DNA of 64,000 nucleotides, from contig CBDIID010000003.1 of NCBI GenBank assembly GCA_965279515.1, positions 2,752,001 to 2,816,000 of the forward strand, written 5' to 3'. Below are positions 19,989 through 29,224 of the stretch, in pieces; position 1 is the stretch's first letter; each line of letters starts with the position of its first letter. This DNA is from Turneriella sp. Lineage in GTDB: Bacteria; Spirochaetota; Leptospiria; Turneriellales; Turneriellaceae. Made by a program: the position numbers and the translations under genes. A model generated the notes under the pieces. The model did no database searches. It was not told the origin of the DNA and worked only from the letters and a program-made list of their open reading frames with translations.

Positions 19989-20920
19989 AAAAGGGATTGA
20001 TTCTGGTTCTGGCGGCAGCGGGATTTAGTGCGTGTATTGCACAAAAAACCGTGGGTGTCACATTCACCGAAAGCGGAAAGGGCGTCGGGATTTTTTCGGG
20101 CCAGGTGGATAAGACGGCTACTACGGCCACTACAACTTTAGGCTCGATGGTAAATTCCATAGGCTTGGCTGTTACTATCCTCGAATTCACAGTCAAAGAA
20201 AATGGATCAAAAGACGGCTATCCGCTTCAGATCAAAGAACTGCGTTTTACGAATACCGGCACGGCTGATACTTCCGACCTGCGCTTTGTGCTGGAAGGCC
20301 CGGGAAGCAACAATACAATCGGTACCAGCAGCGGTACGATAGTAACCTTTAAAGACTTTGGCGACATTATCGTAACTGACGGCGATACTACAGGAAAAAC
20401 CTATCAGGTGAAAGTGCATGTCCGTTCAAACATTGTCGGTTCCACGGCTGATAATAATACCATCGTCCTGAAGACTTCTCCGGTCACGGATTTTGACGTG
20501 GCTGAAACCTCTTCTAATTTTTTGCAAAGCGTCGCTTCTTTTCAGCAAAGCCCGGGAACGGCCGTCGATGTTGTCGCCACCACCGTCCAGTTCAAGGGAA
20601 CATTCAACTTCGGCAATGTCGCCGTGAGTGCAGCTTTTCCCGGAACACCCTCGGTCTATGCGACAGACGCCAATGGCAGAATCGACAAGAACTGGTCGAC
20701 GGCCATTGCGGTGATCGACAAACTAACCGATTGTGCCGGTGCCAACACCGACGCGCCGGGTACATTAACCAACGCTGGTGGTGGTGGACTTTCCCTGACG
20801 CCTACGCAGGGCGTGGTTACTTATACCGACTTACGCTATAACGCTACCGGCTCCATTCAGATCTATGCAACTTCGGCCGGGTTGATTGCGAATTGTTCGT
20901 CCATCATCACGTTACCCTAA
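19985..20920 (+). CDS. Thr/Ser-rich beta-rich (Ig-like) lipoprotein (module A partner)
   Basis: Lipobox GFSAC; likely TTG start overlapping upstream TGA (ORF track start 19976). Confidence 0.7.
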   Translation: MKKGLILVLAAAGFSACIAQKTVGVTFTESGKGVGIFSGQVDKTATTATTTLGSMVNSIGLAVTILEFTVKENGSKDGYPLQIKELRFTNTGTADTSDLRFVLEGPGSNNTIGTSSGTIVTFKDFGDIIVTDGDTTGKTYQVKVHVRSNIVGSTADNNTIVLKTSPVTDFDVAETSSNFLQSVASFQQSPGTAVDVVATTVQFKGTFNFGNVAVSAAFPGTPSVYATDANGRIDKNWSTAIAVIDKLTDCAGANTDAPGTLTNAGGGGLSLTPTQGVVTYTDLRYNATGSIQIYATSAGLIANCSSIITLP

Positions 20921-20928
20921 GTCAGAAC

Positions 20929-21018
20929 TTGTTCCGTCAGGGTGATTCGAACACCCGAGTACAAAAGCGGATGCCCCTATCGCCATGGATCGTTGCGAAT
21001 TCTTTACCGCATGACGAC
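20929..21018 (-). other. tRNA-like element (intact T-arm and acceptor-like stem; no valid anticodon arm)
   Basis: Minus strand GGGTG-TTCGAAT-CACCC-TGACGGA-A-CAA; 5' GTCGTCA pairs 6/7 with TGACGGA. Confidence 0.35.
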
Positions 21019-21042
21019 CAATGGCGTGGCATGCGAGACGCC

Positions 21043-21975
21043 ATGAAAATCATCATCCCCGGTGGCACAGGTCAGCTCGGTCAGGTGCTGCGCCGTGAGT
21101 TTGAAAGCACCGGTGACGAAGTCGTGATTCTCACACGCCGGCCGACCCGGCCCGGCGAAATCGAGTGGGATGGCAAAACGTTAGGCGCATGGCAACGTGA
21201 ACTCGATGGCAGCGACGTCGTGATAAACCTCGCAGGCCGCACGGTGAATTGCCGCTATACCCAAGAAAATCTCGCGCAGATGATGGACTCCCGCGTCGAT
21301 TCAACCCGCGTGGTGGGTGAAGCCATCCGCCTTGCGAAAAAGCCGCCGAAGCTGTGGCTGCAGATGAGCACCGCGACAATCTATGCGCATCGCTTCGATG
21401 CCGCGAACGATGAAGCGACGGGAATCATCGGCGGCAGCGAAGCCTGGGTGCCAGAGTACTGGGCATTCAGCGTCGAAATTGCGAAAGCATGGGAGCGCGA
21501 ACAGGAAAAAGCAAAGACACCTAAGACGCGCAAGGTCGCCATGCGCACGGCCATGGTCATGGCGCCGGGTAAGGGCGGAGTGTTTGACGTGCTCCACAAC
21601 ATGACACGCGGGGGTCTGGGCGGAGCGATCGGCGGTGGCAATCAATTTGTCTCATGGATTCATTATGCCGATTTCTGCGCGGCCGTTCGTTTCGTGATGG
21701 AAAAAAAGAAACTCGCAGGCGCGATCAATTTTACAGCGCCCAACCCGCTGCCGCAAAAGGAATTTATGCGCGAGCTGCGTACCGCTGCACATGTACCGAT
21801 CGGGTTACCCGCGACAAAATGGATGGCCGAGATCGGCGCCTTTTTTCTGCGCACCGACACCGAGCTCCTTCTCAAGAGCCGGCGCGTGGTGCCGACACGC
21901 CTTCTTAAGGAAGGATTTAGATTTGCCTTCAATGACTGGCACACCGCAGCCGCCGATCTGCTGAGCCGCAAATAA
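21043..21975 (+). CDS. TIGR01777-family NAD-dependent epimerase
   Basis: IIPGGTGQLG Rossmann motif, VINLAGRTV, SRVDST, SWIH..D, KSRRVVP. Confidence 0.9.
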   Translation: MKIIIPGGTGQLGQVLRREFESTGDEVVILTRRPTRPGEIEWDGKTLGAWQRELDGSDVVINLAGRTVNCRYTQENLAQMMDSRVDSTRVVGEAIRLAKKPPKLWLQMSTATIYAHRFDAANDEATGIIGGSEAWVPEYWAFSVEIAKAWEREQEKAKTPKTRKVAMRTAMVMAPGKGGVFDVLHNMTRGGLGGAIGGGNQFVSWIHYADFCAAVRFVMEKKKLAGAINFTAPNPLPQKEFMRELRTAAHVPIGLPATKWMAEIGAFFLRTDTELLLKSRRVVPTRLLKEGFRFAFNDWHTAAADLLSRK

Positions 21976-21980
21976 AGCCC

Positions 21981-23759
21981 ATGGTGCGCCATACTTCTCT
22001 AATACTGCTCATCGCTGCGGGTACATCTTGCTTTTTTACGCGTAACCCTGCATCTAACCCGAACCAGCTGTTCATAACCGATGCCGCCGAACTCAAAGCT
22101 CTTGAGGACCAGGGATTCGGTTTTTCTGAGCTCGTCTTCGCCTCCAAAAAACTTTTAGCCACGAATAAGCAGCTATACCAGGTATCTGCATACAAGGAAA
22201 TCAGCGACAGTCTCTCCACTGATCTGAAAAATCTGCCAAAGGCGGATAAACTTTTGGGCGTGGGCATGGCTTATTCGCACAGGCTTTTCAACCCCGACTG
22301 GCTCGCCGCAGAATCTGCTTTCTATGAACTTGTCGGCATCGTCGCGCGGCTCGACCGCGCACCATTTCAAGCACAGAGCTGCGGCGAGATCCGTGTTATC
22401 TATCGGCTTGCCTACCGTACGCGCAGCGGCAAAAGTACTATTTATTCTCGCCTGCCGATGACTGTGAATGCGGTCTTCTGGGCCAAAGACGAAAACAACA
22501 GTTCCAACGATTGTCGTAAGGTTGCGGCCTATTGGCAAAACCTGTCGGGAAATTTGCCACGGAATCGGTCGGCTCTGACAGCCGCAAGTCTCAAATCCAT
22601 CGAAGTCAATATGCAGTCCGTGCGCTGGCCTTCCACCGTGCGGCCCGATTTTGGCGGTTATGCAGAATATTTTCTGCGCGTGTTTAAGAAAACAGGAGGG
22701 AAGTATAAACCGGCTGCTCTCGAGAATACTCCGGATGTCAAAAAAATCCAGGGCAGTGCGCAACTAAAAGACGAGATGCTCACCTGGATTTCGCAGAATC
22801 TTACTGCCATCGATCAGGGTATTGCAGTTCTACCCGATAAATTTCTTACCCGAAAAACAACATCGGTTGCGCTCAATGGATCAGGGCGCCTCGCGAATTT
22901 GCCGTTCCGGCAGATTTTCAGCGAAACGGAAATAGAGCCTTTGGCAAAAGCTGGAAAATACACGGCCTCGGCGGCTTGGCTCTTGCGGCGCCTCGACGAT
23001 ATGACCTGCAGTGGCTGTCACCAGGGCCGTGCCGTCGCGGGTTTTCATTTCACGGGCGCCGATCGCCCGGAAACCGACACCGTGAATTCGATCTTCAATG
23101 CCGCATCGCCGCACTTCTTTGCCGATCAAGGAAGACGTCAGCATTATGCCGACGCATTGCTGCAAAAAAAACCTGCCGATAATTACCGCGAGATTTCACT
23201 GCGCAGCGATCATGAAGCCGGTGTGTTCGGTTCTGTTTGTGAAACGGGAGATAGGGCTTTACCTAAGTTCGGCTGCAATGCCGGTTTTGCATGCCTGCCC
23301 CTGAACAGAGACGAAAAAATTCATAACCTGGGTATTTGTCAGCCGGTAACCACGCTCGCAGGTTCCGCGTGTACGAATGGCCAGCCCATCGCGGATATCC
23401 ATCCGCATAAAGATAGAATTACCAGGAGCAAAAATCTCTCTTGCAACAAGGGTTACCGCTGCCAAAATGTACCGGTGGGTTTTCCCGGTGGCATGTGTTC
23501 CAATAATTGCAGTTCACTTAAAGAGGGAGAAATCTGTGGCAGCATCGCTAACTTGCAGGGCTTCAACGATTGCCTCGCGCGCACCGAGCCGTTCGCGACC
23601 TGCCTTTCAGGCAACGTCAGGCCGGGTGCCTTGAAGGCCTGCGATCAAAACAATGCCTGCCGGCCCGACTATATCTGCGCGAGAATTTCAGGGAATAAAG
23701 GCGGATGCATACCGCCTTATTTTCTTTTTCAGTTACGCGTCGATGGCCACAACTTTTGA
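21981..23759 (+). CDS. Lipoprotein with a CxxCH motif and Cys-rich C-terminus
   Basis: Lipobox AGTSC; CSGCH; many Cys in the last ~175 aa. Confidence 0.75.
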   Translation: MVRHTSLILLIAAGTSCFFTRNPASNPNQLFITDAAELKALEDQGFGFSELVFASKKLLATNKQLYQVSAYKEISDSLSTDLKNLPKADKLLGVGMAYSHRLFNPDWLAAESAFYELVGIVARLDRAPFQAQSCGEIRVIYRLAYRTRSGKSTIYSRLPMTVNAVFWAKDENNSSNDCRKVAAYWQNLSGNLPRNRSALTAASLKSIEVNMQSVRWPSTVRPDFGGYAEYFLRVFKKTGGKYKPAALENTPDVKKIQGSAQLKDEMLTWISQNLTAIDQGIAVLPDKFLTRKTTSVALNGSGRLANLPFRQIFSETEIEPLAKAGKYTASAAWLLRRLDDMTCSGCHQGRAVAGFHFTGADRPETDTVNSIFNAASPHFFADQGRRQHYADALLQKKPADNYREISLRSDHEAGVFGSVCETGDRALPKFGCNAGFACLPLNRDEKIHNLGICQPVTTLAGSACTNGQPIADIHPHKDRITRSKNLSCNKGYRCQNVPVGFPGGMCSNNCSSLKEGEICGSIANLQGFNDCLARTEPFATCLSGNVRPGALKACDQNNACRPDYICARISGNKGGCIPPYFLFQLRVDGHNF

Positions 23760-23761
23760 GA

Positions 23762-24694
23762 TCAAAACTCCGTAGCGATGATGACCCCGTAAACACCGCG
23801 GATGACCTGCGTGATCTTTTCATAATCCAGCGTATCGGGAGTATCTGTTGCCTCATGGTAGTTGTGGTTACGCATGAAGGCGGTGTCGGTCACCATCGCT
23901 GCATTCCAGCCCTGCGCCCAGTAGTTGAGATGGTCTGAAAAATCGACGCCGGTAACAAAAGACGGGGCCGCAAGGGTAATGATTTTGAGCGGTGAATGTT
24001 TCTGAAAATTTTTCTTGAAGCCGCTCAGTAAATCGCTGTCAGCCTGACGCCCAACGGCGGCGATAAAATTCCCTTCGCCGGGATAAAACCAACTGAGTCC
24101 GGGCGGGTAACTCTGAGATCCCTTCTTATCGGAATAATAGCCGATGGTTTCTAGCGACAGCATATACTTTACCCTCGCCCCTTTATCTTTCAGCGAGCGT
24201 GCATGCACCGCGCTGCCCATGAACTTTGTACGAAAATACGGGGGCTCCTCCAGTGAATAAAACACCAGTTCGTAGTTGTAGCGGAGCGCAGCCTTGTTCT
24301 CGGAAAGATATTTTGCCAAAAGCAATAATCCCGCAACGCCGCTGGCGTTGTCGTCGGCGCCCGGCTGGTCACCGCAGACATCGTAGTGGGCACCAATCAC
24401 GATAATCTCAGCACTCTGTGGGCCGATGTTCGCCACCAGATTGCGGTAGATGCGATTATCCACCTTATAATCCTGAGTGCGGATGGTTTTCGTAAACGGC
24501 CGCAATTCACGGTTGATATATTTTACTGCTTTTTCGAGCGATTCTATGTTCCGGTGGTTACGCGGTGGTTGAATCGAAGAGAGGGCAGCGACGTGCCGCT
24601 TCACTAGCGCCATATCTTCGACCGGCGAGGCCTCCAGCGAACCTAAGAGCGTGACAGAAATAAGCGCTCCAACGAAACACGAGGCCTTGCGCAT
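23762..24694 (-). CDS. M28 family peptidase
   Basis: GAHYD, PGADDNASG, EEPP, SDH, YH..D. Confidence 0.92.
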   Translation of the reverse strand: MRKASCFVGALISVTLLGSLEASPVEDMALVKRHVAALSSIQPPRNHRNIESLEKAVKYINRELRPFTKTIRTQDYKVDNRIYRNLVANIGPQSAEIIVIGAHYDVCGDQPGADDNASGVAGLLLLAKYLSENKAALRYNYELVFYSLEEPPYFRTKFMGSAVHARSLKDKGARVKYMLSLETIGYYSDKKGSQSYPPGLSWFYPGEGNFIAAVGRQADSDLLSGFKKNFQKHSPLKIITLAAPSFVTGVDFSDHLNYWAQGWNAAMVTDTAFMRNHNYHEATDTPDTLDYEKITQVIRGVYGVIIATEF

Positions 24695-24795
24695 GCGAAC
24701 TTAACGGCATAAAGGATAGCGAAGCGTCAAGTGCCATTTGCCTAAATTCCGATTGACGGAACGCGGCGGTGGATATCCCGCTGACTGCCTACTCC

Positions 24796-25893
24796 ATGAT
24801 TTTCAGAAACGTGCTTTTGGTTGTTTTCGTTGCCTCTGCCGGAACAGTATCGGCGCAAACGGCGGCGCTTGCCGATGTGCCGGCAGGTTGCAACGCGGAA
24901 ATCCGCCTCAATCGCCCAAAGGTCTATATCGCTAACTTTTACGTCACCTATGGCAAGGCTGACATGGGCAAGAACATCGGCGATTATATTGCACAGCGCT
25001 TCGAAACCGACGGCCGTTTCGAGCTGGTACCGCGCGCTGCGATCAGCGAAACGATGAGCCGTTTTCTGACCGGAAAAAAGATCAGTGCAGACCAATACCT
25101 GCAACGCACACTCGCGCTTGCCGCAGGCGAAAACGCCGACTGCGTCATCTTCGGAAGAATTTCAAAAAAGAAAAACAAAGTCTCTTTTTCAGTGCGGATG
25201 TCCTCCGTCAGCAGCGGTGCCAGCGCGCGCAAAGTCGACACCGATGTCGAGCGCGACGCGGCGCTCGGCTTCTTAGAGGGCATCGGCGATTCGTTTGTCA
25301 GTTATTTTGTCACTGCCGCGCCGGTGCCCGTTGCGGACAACAATACCGAGGGCAGACACCGCGGTTTTCACCTGAGTCTTACGGCCGGCAGCGGCTACCT
25401 CACCGCATCCAAGCCGATCGGCAGTGATAGTTTTTCCGTGGATTCTTTTGCAGGCCATGCAGGTCTGAAAATCGGCGCGGCGATCCGGCCGGATGTCATT
25501 CTGTTCGGCGCCTTCGATGGTTTTATAGGTTTCTCTCCCGTGGGTAAGTTACAGCAGAGCGGCATTCAGGACGCCGTTTCGTTCTCTGAACTCAGCCATA
25601 ACATTCTCACAGCGGGTGCGGGGTTGAAATTATACAGCGAAGAAAATTATTTTTTTTCCGCCTCGCTTGGCTTTGCTACCGGAACTCTGGGGTACAGCAA
25701 CAACGGCGTCAGCACTTCCGGAAACTCAGGCTATGGTGTGGCAGTGCAGCTCAGCCTCGGCCGCGAATGGTGGATTGCCCAACGCCTGGGCATCGGCATC
25801 GCATTGACGGGCCACTATAGCAACCTGCCGGGAAACTCGGTTTCTGTGAATCAGTATTATGCAGGCCTCGGAATCTCGGCCAGTTATAACTGA
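24796..25893 (+). CDS. CsgG/TolB-like N-domain plus beta-barrel (module B, copy 1)
   Basis: Signal peptide; KVYIANF..RFELVPR..ADCVIFGRI; barrel ending YAGLGISASYN. Confidence 0.72.
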   Translation: MIFRNVLLVVFVASAGTVSAQTAALADVPAGCNAEIRLNRPKVYIANFYVTYGKADMGKNIGDYIAQRFETDGRFELVPRAAISETMSRFLTGKKISADQYLQRTLALAAGENADCVIFGRISKKKNKVSFSVRMSSVSSGASARKVDTDVERDAALGFLEGIGDSFVSYFVTAAPVPVADNNTEGRHRGFHLSLTAGSGYLTASKPIGSDSFSVDSFAGHAGLKIGAAIRPDVILFGAFDGFIGFSPVGKLQQSGIQDAVSFSELSHNILTAGAGLKLYSEENYFFSASLGFATGTLGYSNNGVSTSGNSGYGVAVQLSLGREWWIAQRLGIGIALTGHYSNLPGNSVSVNQYYAGLGISASYN

Positions 25894-25916
25894 CTTGCAG
25901 ATCCCTGAAATTCGAA

Positions 25917-25946
25917 TTGACGGCGCGATACGGCGGTTGCTATTAT
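25917..25946 (+). promoter_or_regulatory. Sigma70-like promoter with extended -10
   Basis: TTGACG-N18-TATTAT with TG at 25938-39; a related motif precedes copy 1 (TTGACGG at 24753). Confidence 0.55.
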
Positions 25947-26011
25947 GAGCCACCGCCTGTTAGCCCTCCGCAGCTATCACTTACATAAAACAGGCCTTTA
26001 ATTGAACTACT

Positions 26012-27076
26012 ATGTTAAGACGCTTCCTGATCGCGGCCGCTTGTGTCACAATACCCTGTAAGGTTTTTAGCCAAAATCCCGGCCAAATGATTTCTGCGAC
26101 GGGCGTTTCCGGATTAATCAGCCCGCCGACAGGCTGCAGTGCCGAAATCCGCGGCAACCGGCCAAAGGTTTACATCGCCAACTTCTTCGTAACCTACGGG
26201 AAAAAAGACATGGGCAAGGCGATCGGTGACTATATCGCCGAACGTTTCGAAACGGATGGCCGCTTTGAAATCATTCCCCGGGCCCAGATCAATGAAACGA
26301 TGATGCCTTTTTTCAAGAACAAAAAGGCCACGGCAGACCAATACCTGCAGAAAACGCTCGAACTCGCCGCCAGCCAGGATGCCGACTGTGTAATCTTTGG
26401 CCGCATAGCCAAAAAGAAAAACAAAATCTCTTTTCTTGTACGGATGGCAGCCGTCTCGACGGGAAACAGCGTGCGCAAAGTCGATACCGACGTCGAAAAA
26501 GCCGAAGCCGTCCAATTTCTCGAAGGTATCGGCGATTCTTTTGTCAGTTATTTTGTCTCAGCACCCGCTCTGCCCGTGCCGATTGCAGATAAGCCGGGAA
26601 AAATCCGCGGTTTTTATCTTGCTGCGAATGGTGTCGGCGTTCTTCCCTTTGGTTTCGTGCGCAATGGGTTCTCCTGGGGCTCAGGCGGGTCATTTGAATT
26701 CGGGCATAAAGGGCTGCTGGGCAAAGATTTGTTTTTCGGTGTGAACGGAGAATACGTCTATTATTTCAAGAGCAACGATAATTTTACAAGTCTCTATAGC
26801 ATGACCGCGCTGGGTCTCGCCGGTTATGAATTTCTGACTTTGGAGAAACTGAAATTCCAGCTTGTGCTGTATGGCGGTTACCAGATGGGTCGACTCACCG
26901 GGGCCGTGGAAACCTTTGATTATGGTTACGGTATCTTTATGGCCGGCAGCCGAGCCGTTTATGATCTGAGCGAACGTTGGGGACTCATGGGTGAAGCACG
27001 CTACTCACTGGCAATTGCGGGTTCAACGAAGATTTCCTCAGTCGGTTTTTCAGCTGGTGGCCAATGGAGGTTTTGA
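26012..27076 (+). CDS. CsgG/TolB-like N-domain plus beta-barrel (module B, copy 2)
   Basis: N-domain closely similar to copy 1; different barrel ending FSAGGQWRF. Confidence 0.75.
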   Translation: MLRRFLIAAACVTIPCKVFSQNPGQMISATGVSGLISPPTGCSAEIRGNRPKVYIANFFVTYGKKDMGKAIGDYIAERFETDGRFEIIPRAQINETMMPFFKNKKATADQYLQKTLELAASQDADCVIFGRIAKKKNKISFLVRMAAVSTGNSVRKVDTDVEKAEAVQFLEGIGDSFVSYFVSAPALPVPIADKPGKIRGFYLAANGVGVLPFGFVRNGFSWGSGGSFEFGHKGLLGKDLFFGVNGEYVYYFKSNDNFTSLYSMTALGLAGYEFLTLEKLKFQLVLYGGYQMGRLTGAVETFDYGYGIFMAGSRAVYDLSERWGLMGEARYSLAIAGSTKISSVGFSAGGQWRF

Positions 27077-28134
27077 TGCGACGTCAAATACACATACTAC
27101 TATCATGCTGTTTCGCACTCGGCATCTCGGATTGTAAATCCTATGAAGACAGCTTTAACCGCGATATCGATAGCACAGGGGTCTACGTACCTAATTCCGG
27201 TTCAAACACAGTTTCGCAACTCGCCGCCGACCCTAAATCCGGCATATTGAATGACCTGGGGCAATTAGGCGTGGGCAACCTGCCCGGTTATCTCACAGTA
27301 AATTCGACCGGCACGCTTGCATATCTGGTAAACACCAACGACAATTTGGTTCATGTTTACAGCATCAGTAAAACGACGCGCAAACTCACCTTAACAAGCA
27401 CGGCAACAACAGGCACGCAGCCGATCATGATCGCCTTCCATGGTTCGGGAAAGTTCGCCTACGTGGTGAACGCTACGTCGAAAACGATCTCGGCCTATTC
27501 CGTCGATGCGACGAGCGGCGCTCTCACGTCGCTTGGTACTGCCACCAATATGGAGGGCTCCGGAACGCGAATCCCTTATTTTATCGCGATTACAGGAAAC
27601 TATGCAATCGTAACCGCTTTGGCTCATGCCGAAATCTATTTGTACGATATTGCGCCCACTACGGGGGCAATTTCTTCAAATGCCACACCTTTTGCCAACA
27701 TCGGTGCGCTTCCGAAATGGATTCGCACTGTAGATTCAGGAAATAATCCGTATATTTTCGTTGCGACCGCTGCCAACAAGATTGAATCGTTTCAATTTTC
27801 CAGTTGGACTCTTAATCCGACGACAGCTCAAACGACTACGGGTGTAAACCCGATGGTATTCAGTTTTAATCCGGCATCTTCTGCGCTGTATGTTTCTAAC
27901 TACGATGCCGCGACAATTTCTATCTATTCGGTTTCCGGAATAAACCTGACTTTAACGGGCACAGTTAGTACCTGCACGAACCCTTCGCAATCTTATCTCA
28001 ATTCTTCCGGCTTTATGTATCTCATCTGCAGGGCCGATGGCAAGATTAACGGGTATTCCTATACTTCCAATAGCCTTACAGCCGTTGGCAGCGTGACTGT
28101 CGGAACAACCCCTGCGAGTATCGCCGGCTACTGA
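27076..28134 (+). CDS. Lactonase-type beta-propeller lipoprotein (module B partner)
   Basis: TGATG overlap; lipobox ISDC; repeats GKFAYVVN..ISAYSVD..SGALT. Confidence 0.8.
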   Translation: MRRQIHILLSCCFALGISDCKSYEDSFNRDIDSTGVYVPNSGSNTVSQLAADPKSGILNDLGQLGVGNLPGYLTVNSTGTLAYLVNTNDNLVHVYSISKTTRKLTLTSTATTGTQPIMIAFHGSGKFAYVVNATSKTISAYSVDATSGALTSLGTATNMEGSGTRIPYFIAITGNYAIVTALAHAEIYLYDIAPTTGAISSNATPFANIGALPKWIRTVDSGNNPYIFVATAANKIESFQFSSWTLNPTTAQTTTGVNPMVFSFNPASSALYVSNYDAATISIYSVSGINLTLTGTVSTCTNPSQSYLNSSGFMYLICRADGKINGYSYTSNSLTAVGSVTVGTTPASIAGY

Positions 28135-28177
28135 CCTTTTTCCTTTTCACCCTGTCTGAATTTTCATTTTTCCACGC

Positions 28178-29194
28178 ATGGATTACAAGTCGGCCGGTGT
28201 CGATACGCATTACGCGCAAAGGCTGATCCATAATCTCAAAGACCGCATCACCGCGACACACCGCGTCCCCAATGTCGGTGAAATCGCCGGCCAGTACGGC
28301 GGCTTTGCGGGACGCTTTACATCCCCCCAGATACCAGGCTTTGACGTCGTCGCCACCACCGATGGCGTCGGCACCAAGACGCAACTCTTACGCCGGTTCA
28401 ACTACCTCGACGGTATAGGCCAAGACCTCGTCGCCATGTGTGTCAACGACCTGTTCTGCTCCGGCGCCACCCCCGCTTTTTTCCTGGACTACATCGCCTG
28501 CGGCAAGCTCGATGAGAGCTGGTATGACCGCGTGCTCAGCAGTATCGCCGACGCGTGCGCGGCAACGCCGATGGCGCTCATGGGCGGAGAGACAGCCGAG
28601 CATCCCGGCGTTATGCCTGACGACGATTTTGACCTCGCGGGTTTCGCGGTCGGCTTTGTTCCCAAAGAGCGCAAGCTGCCGAACTTCGAGGCGCAAAAAG
28701 AGGGAGATCTACTCATTGCTCTGCCCGCATCGGGCCTGCATTCAAACGGCTTCTCTCTGGTGCGGAAAATTTTTGCCGAGATGGAAAAACAGAGCCCGGC
28801 TGAGTTTCAAACCATGGTCGCCAACCGCGATGAACTCATTGCCACCTGGCTGAATCCCACACGCATCTATTCTGAACTGCCGGGTCTCATTGCCGCGGCG
28901 CAAATCAAGGGGATTGCCCACATCACCGGCGGTGGCCTCCACGAAAACCTGCCGCGCGCCATTGCACCGGGTTTTGGCGCCGTTGTCGAAAACGCCGAAC
29001 CGTTTCGCCTGAAGGCCGCACCAATACTTGAAAAATACGTCGAGCGTGAAAAACTCTTCCATACCTTCAACATGGGTACGGGAATTATTCTGATAGCTGC
29101 TGAATCCGAACTTACAACAATCAGAACGCATTACCCGCAGGCCGCGGTCATGGGCAAGCTCGCGCAGGGCGCCGGCGTTTCAATCCAGAAGTAG
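28178..29194 (+). CDS. purM: AIR synthase (phosphoribosylformylglycinamidine cyclo-ligase)
   Basis: YKSAGVD, TDGVGTK, GQDLVAMCVND, GGETAEHP, SGLHSNGFSL, HITGGG, TFNMG. Confidence 0.96.
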   Translation: MDYKSAGVDTHYAQRLIHNLKDRITATHRVPNVGEIAGQYGGFAGRFTSPQIPGFDVVATTDGVGTKTQLLRRFNYLDGIGQDLVAMCVNDLFCSGATPAFFLDYIACGKLDESWYDRVLSSIADACAATPMALMGGETAEHPGVMPDDDFDLAGFAVGFVPKERKLPNFEAQKEGDLLIALPASGLHSNGFSLVRKIFAEMEKQSPAEFQTMVANRDELIATWLNPTRIYSELPGLIAAAQIKGIAHITGGGLHENLPRAIAPGFGAVVENAEPFRLKAAPILEKYVEREKLFHTFNMGTGIILIAAESELTTIRTHYPQAAVMGKLAQGAGVSIQK

Positions 29195-29224
29195 TTTTGG
29201 CAAGATATTCGCCTCACGGCGGGT

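Noticed and set aside
20929..21018. Functional tRNA gene
   Set aside because: No 5-bp anticodon stem with U33, a 1:72 mismatch, and CAA instead of CCA; kept only as tRNA-like
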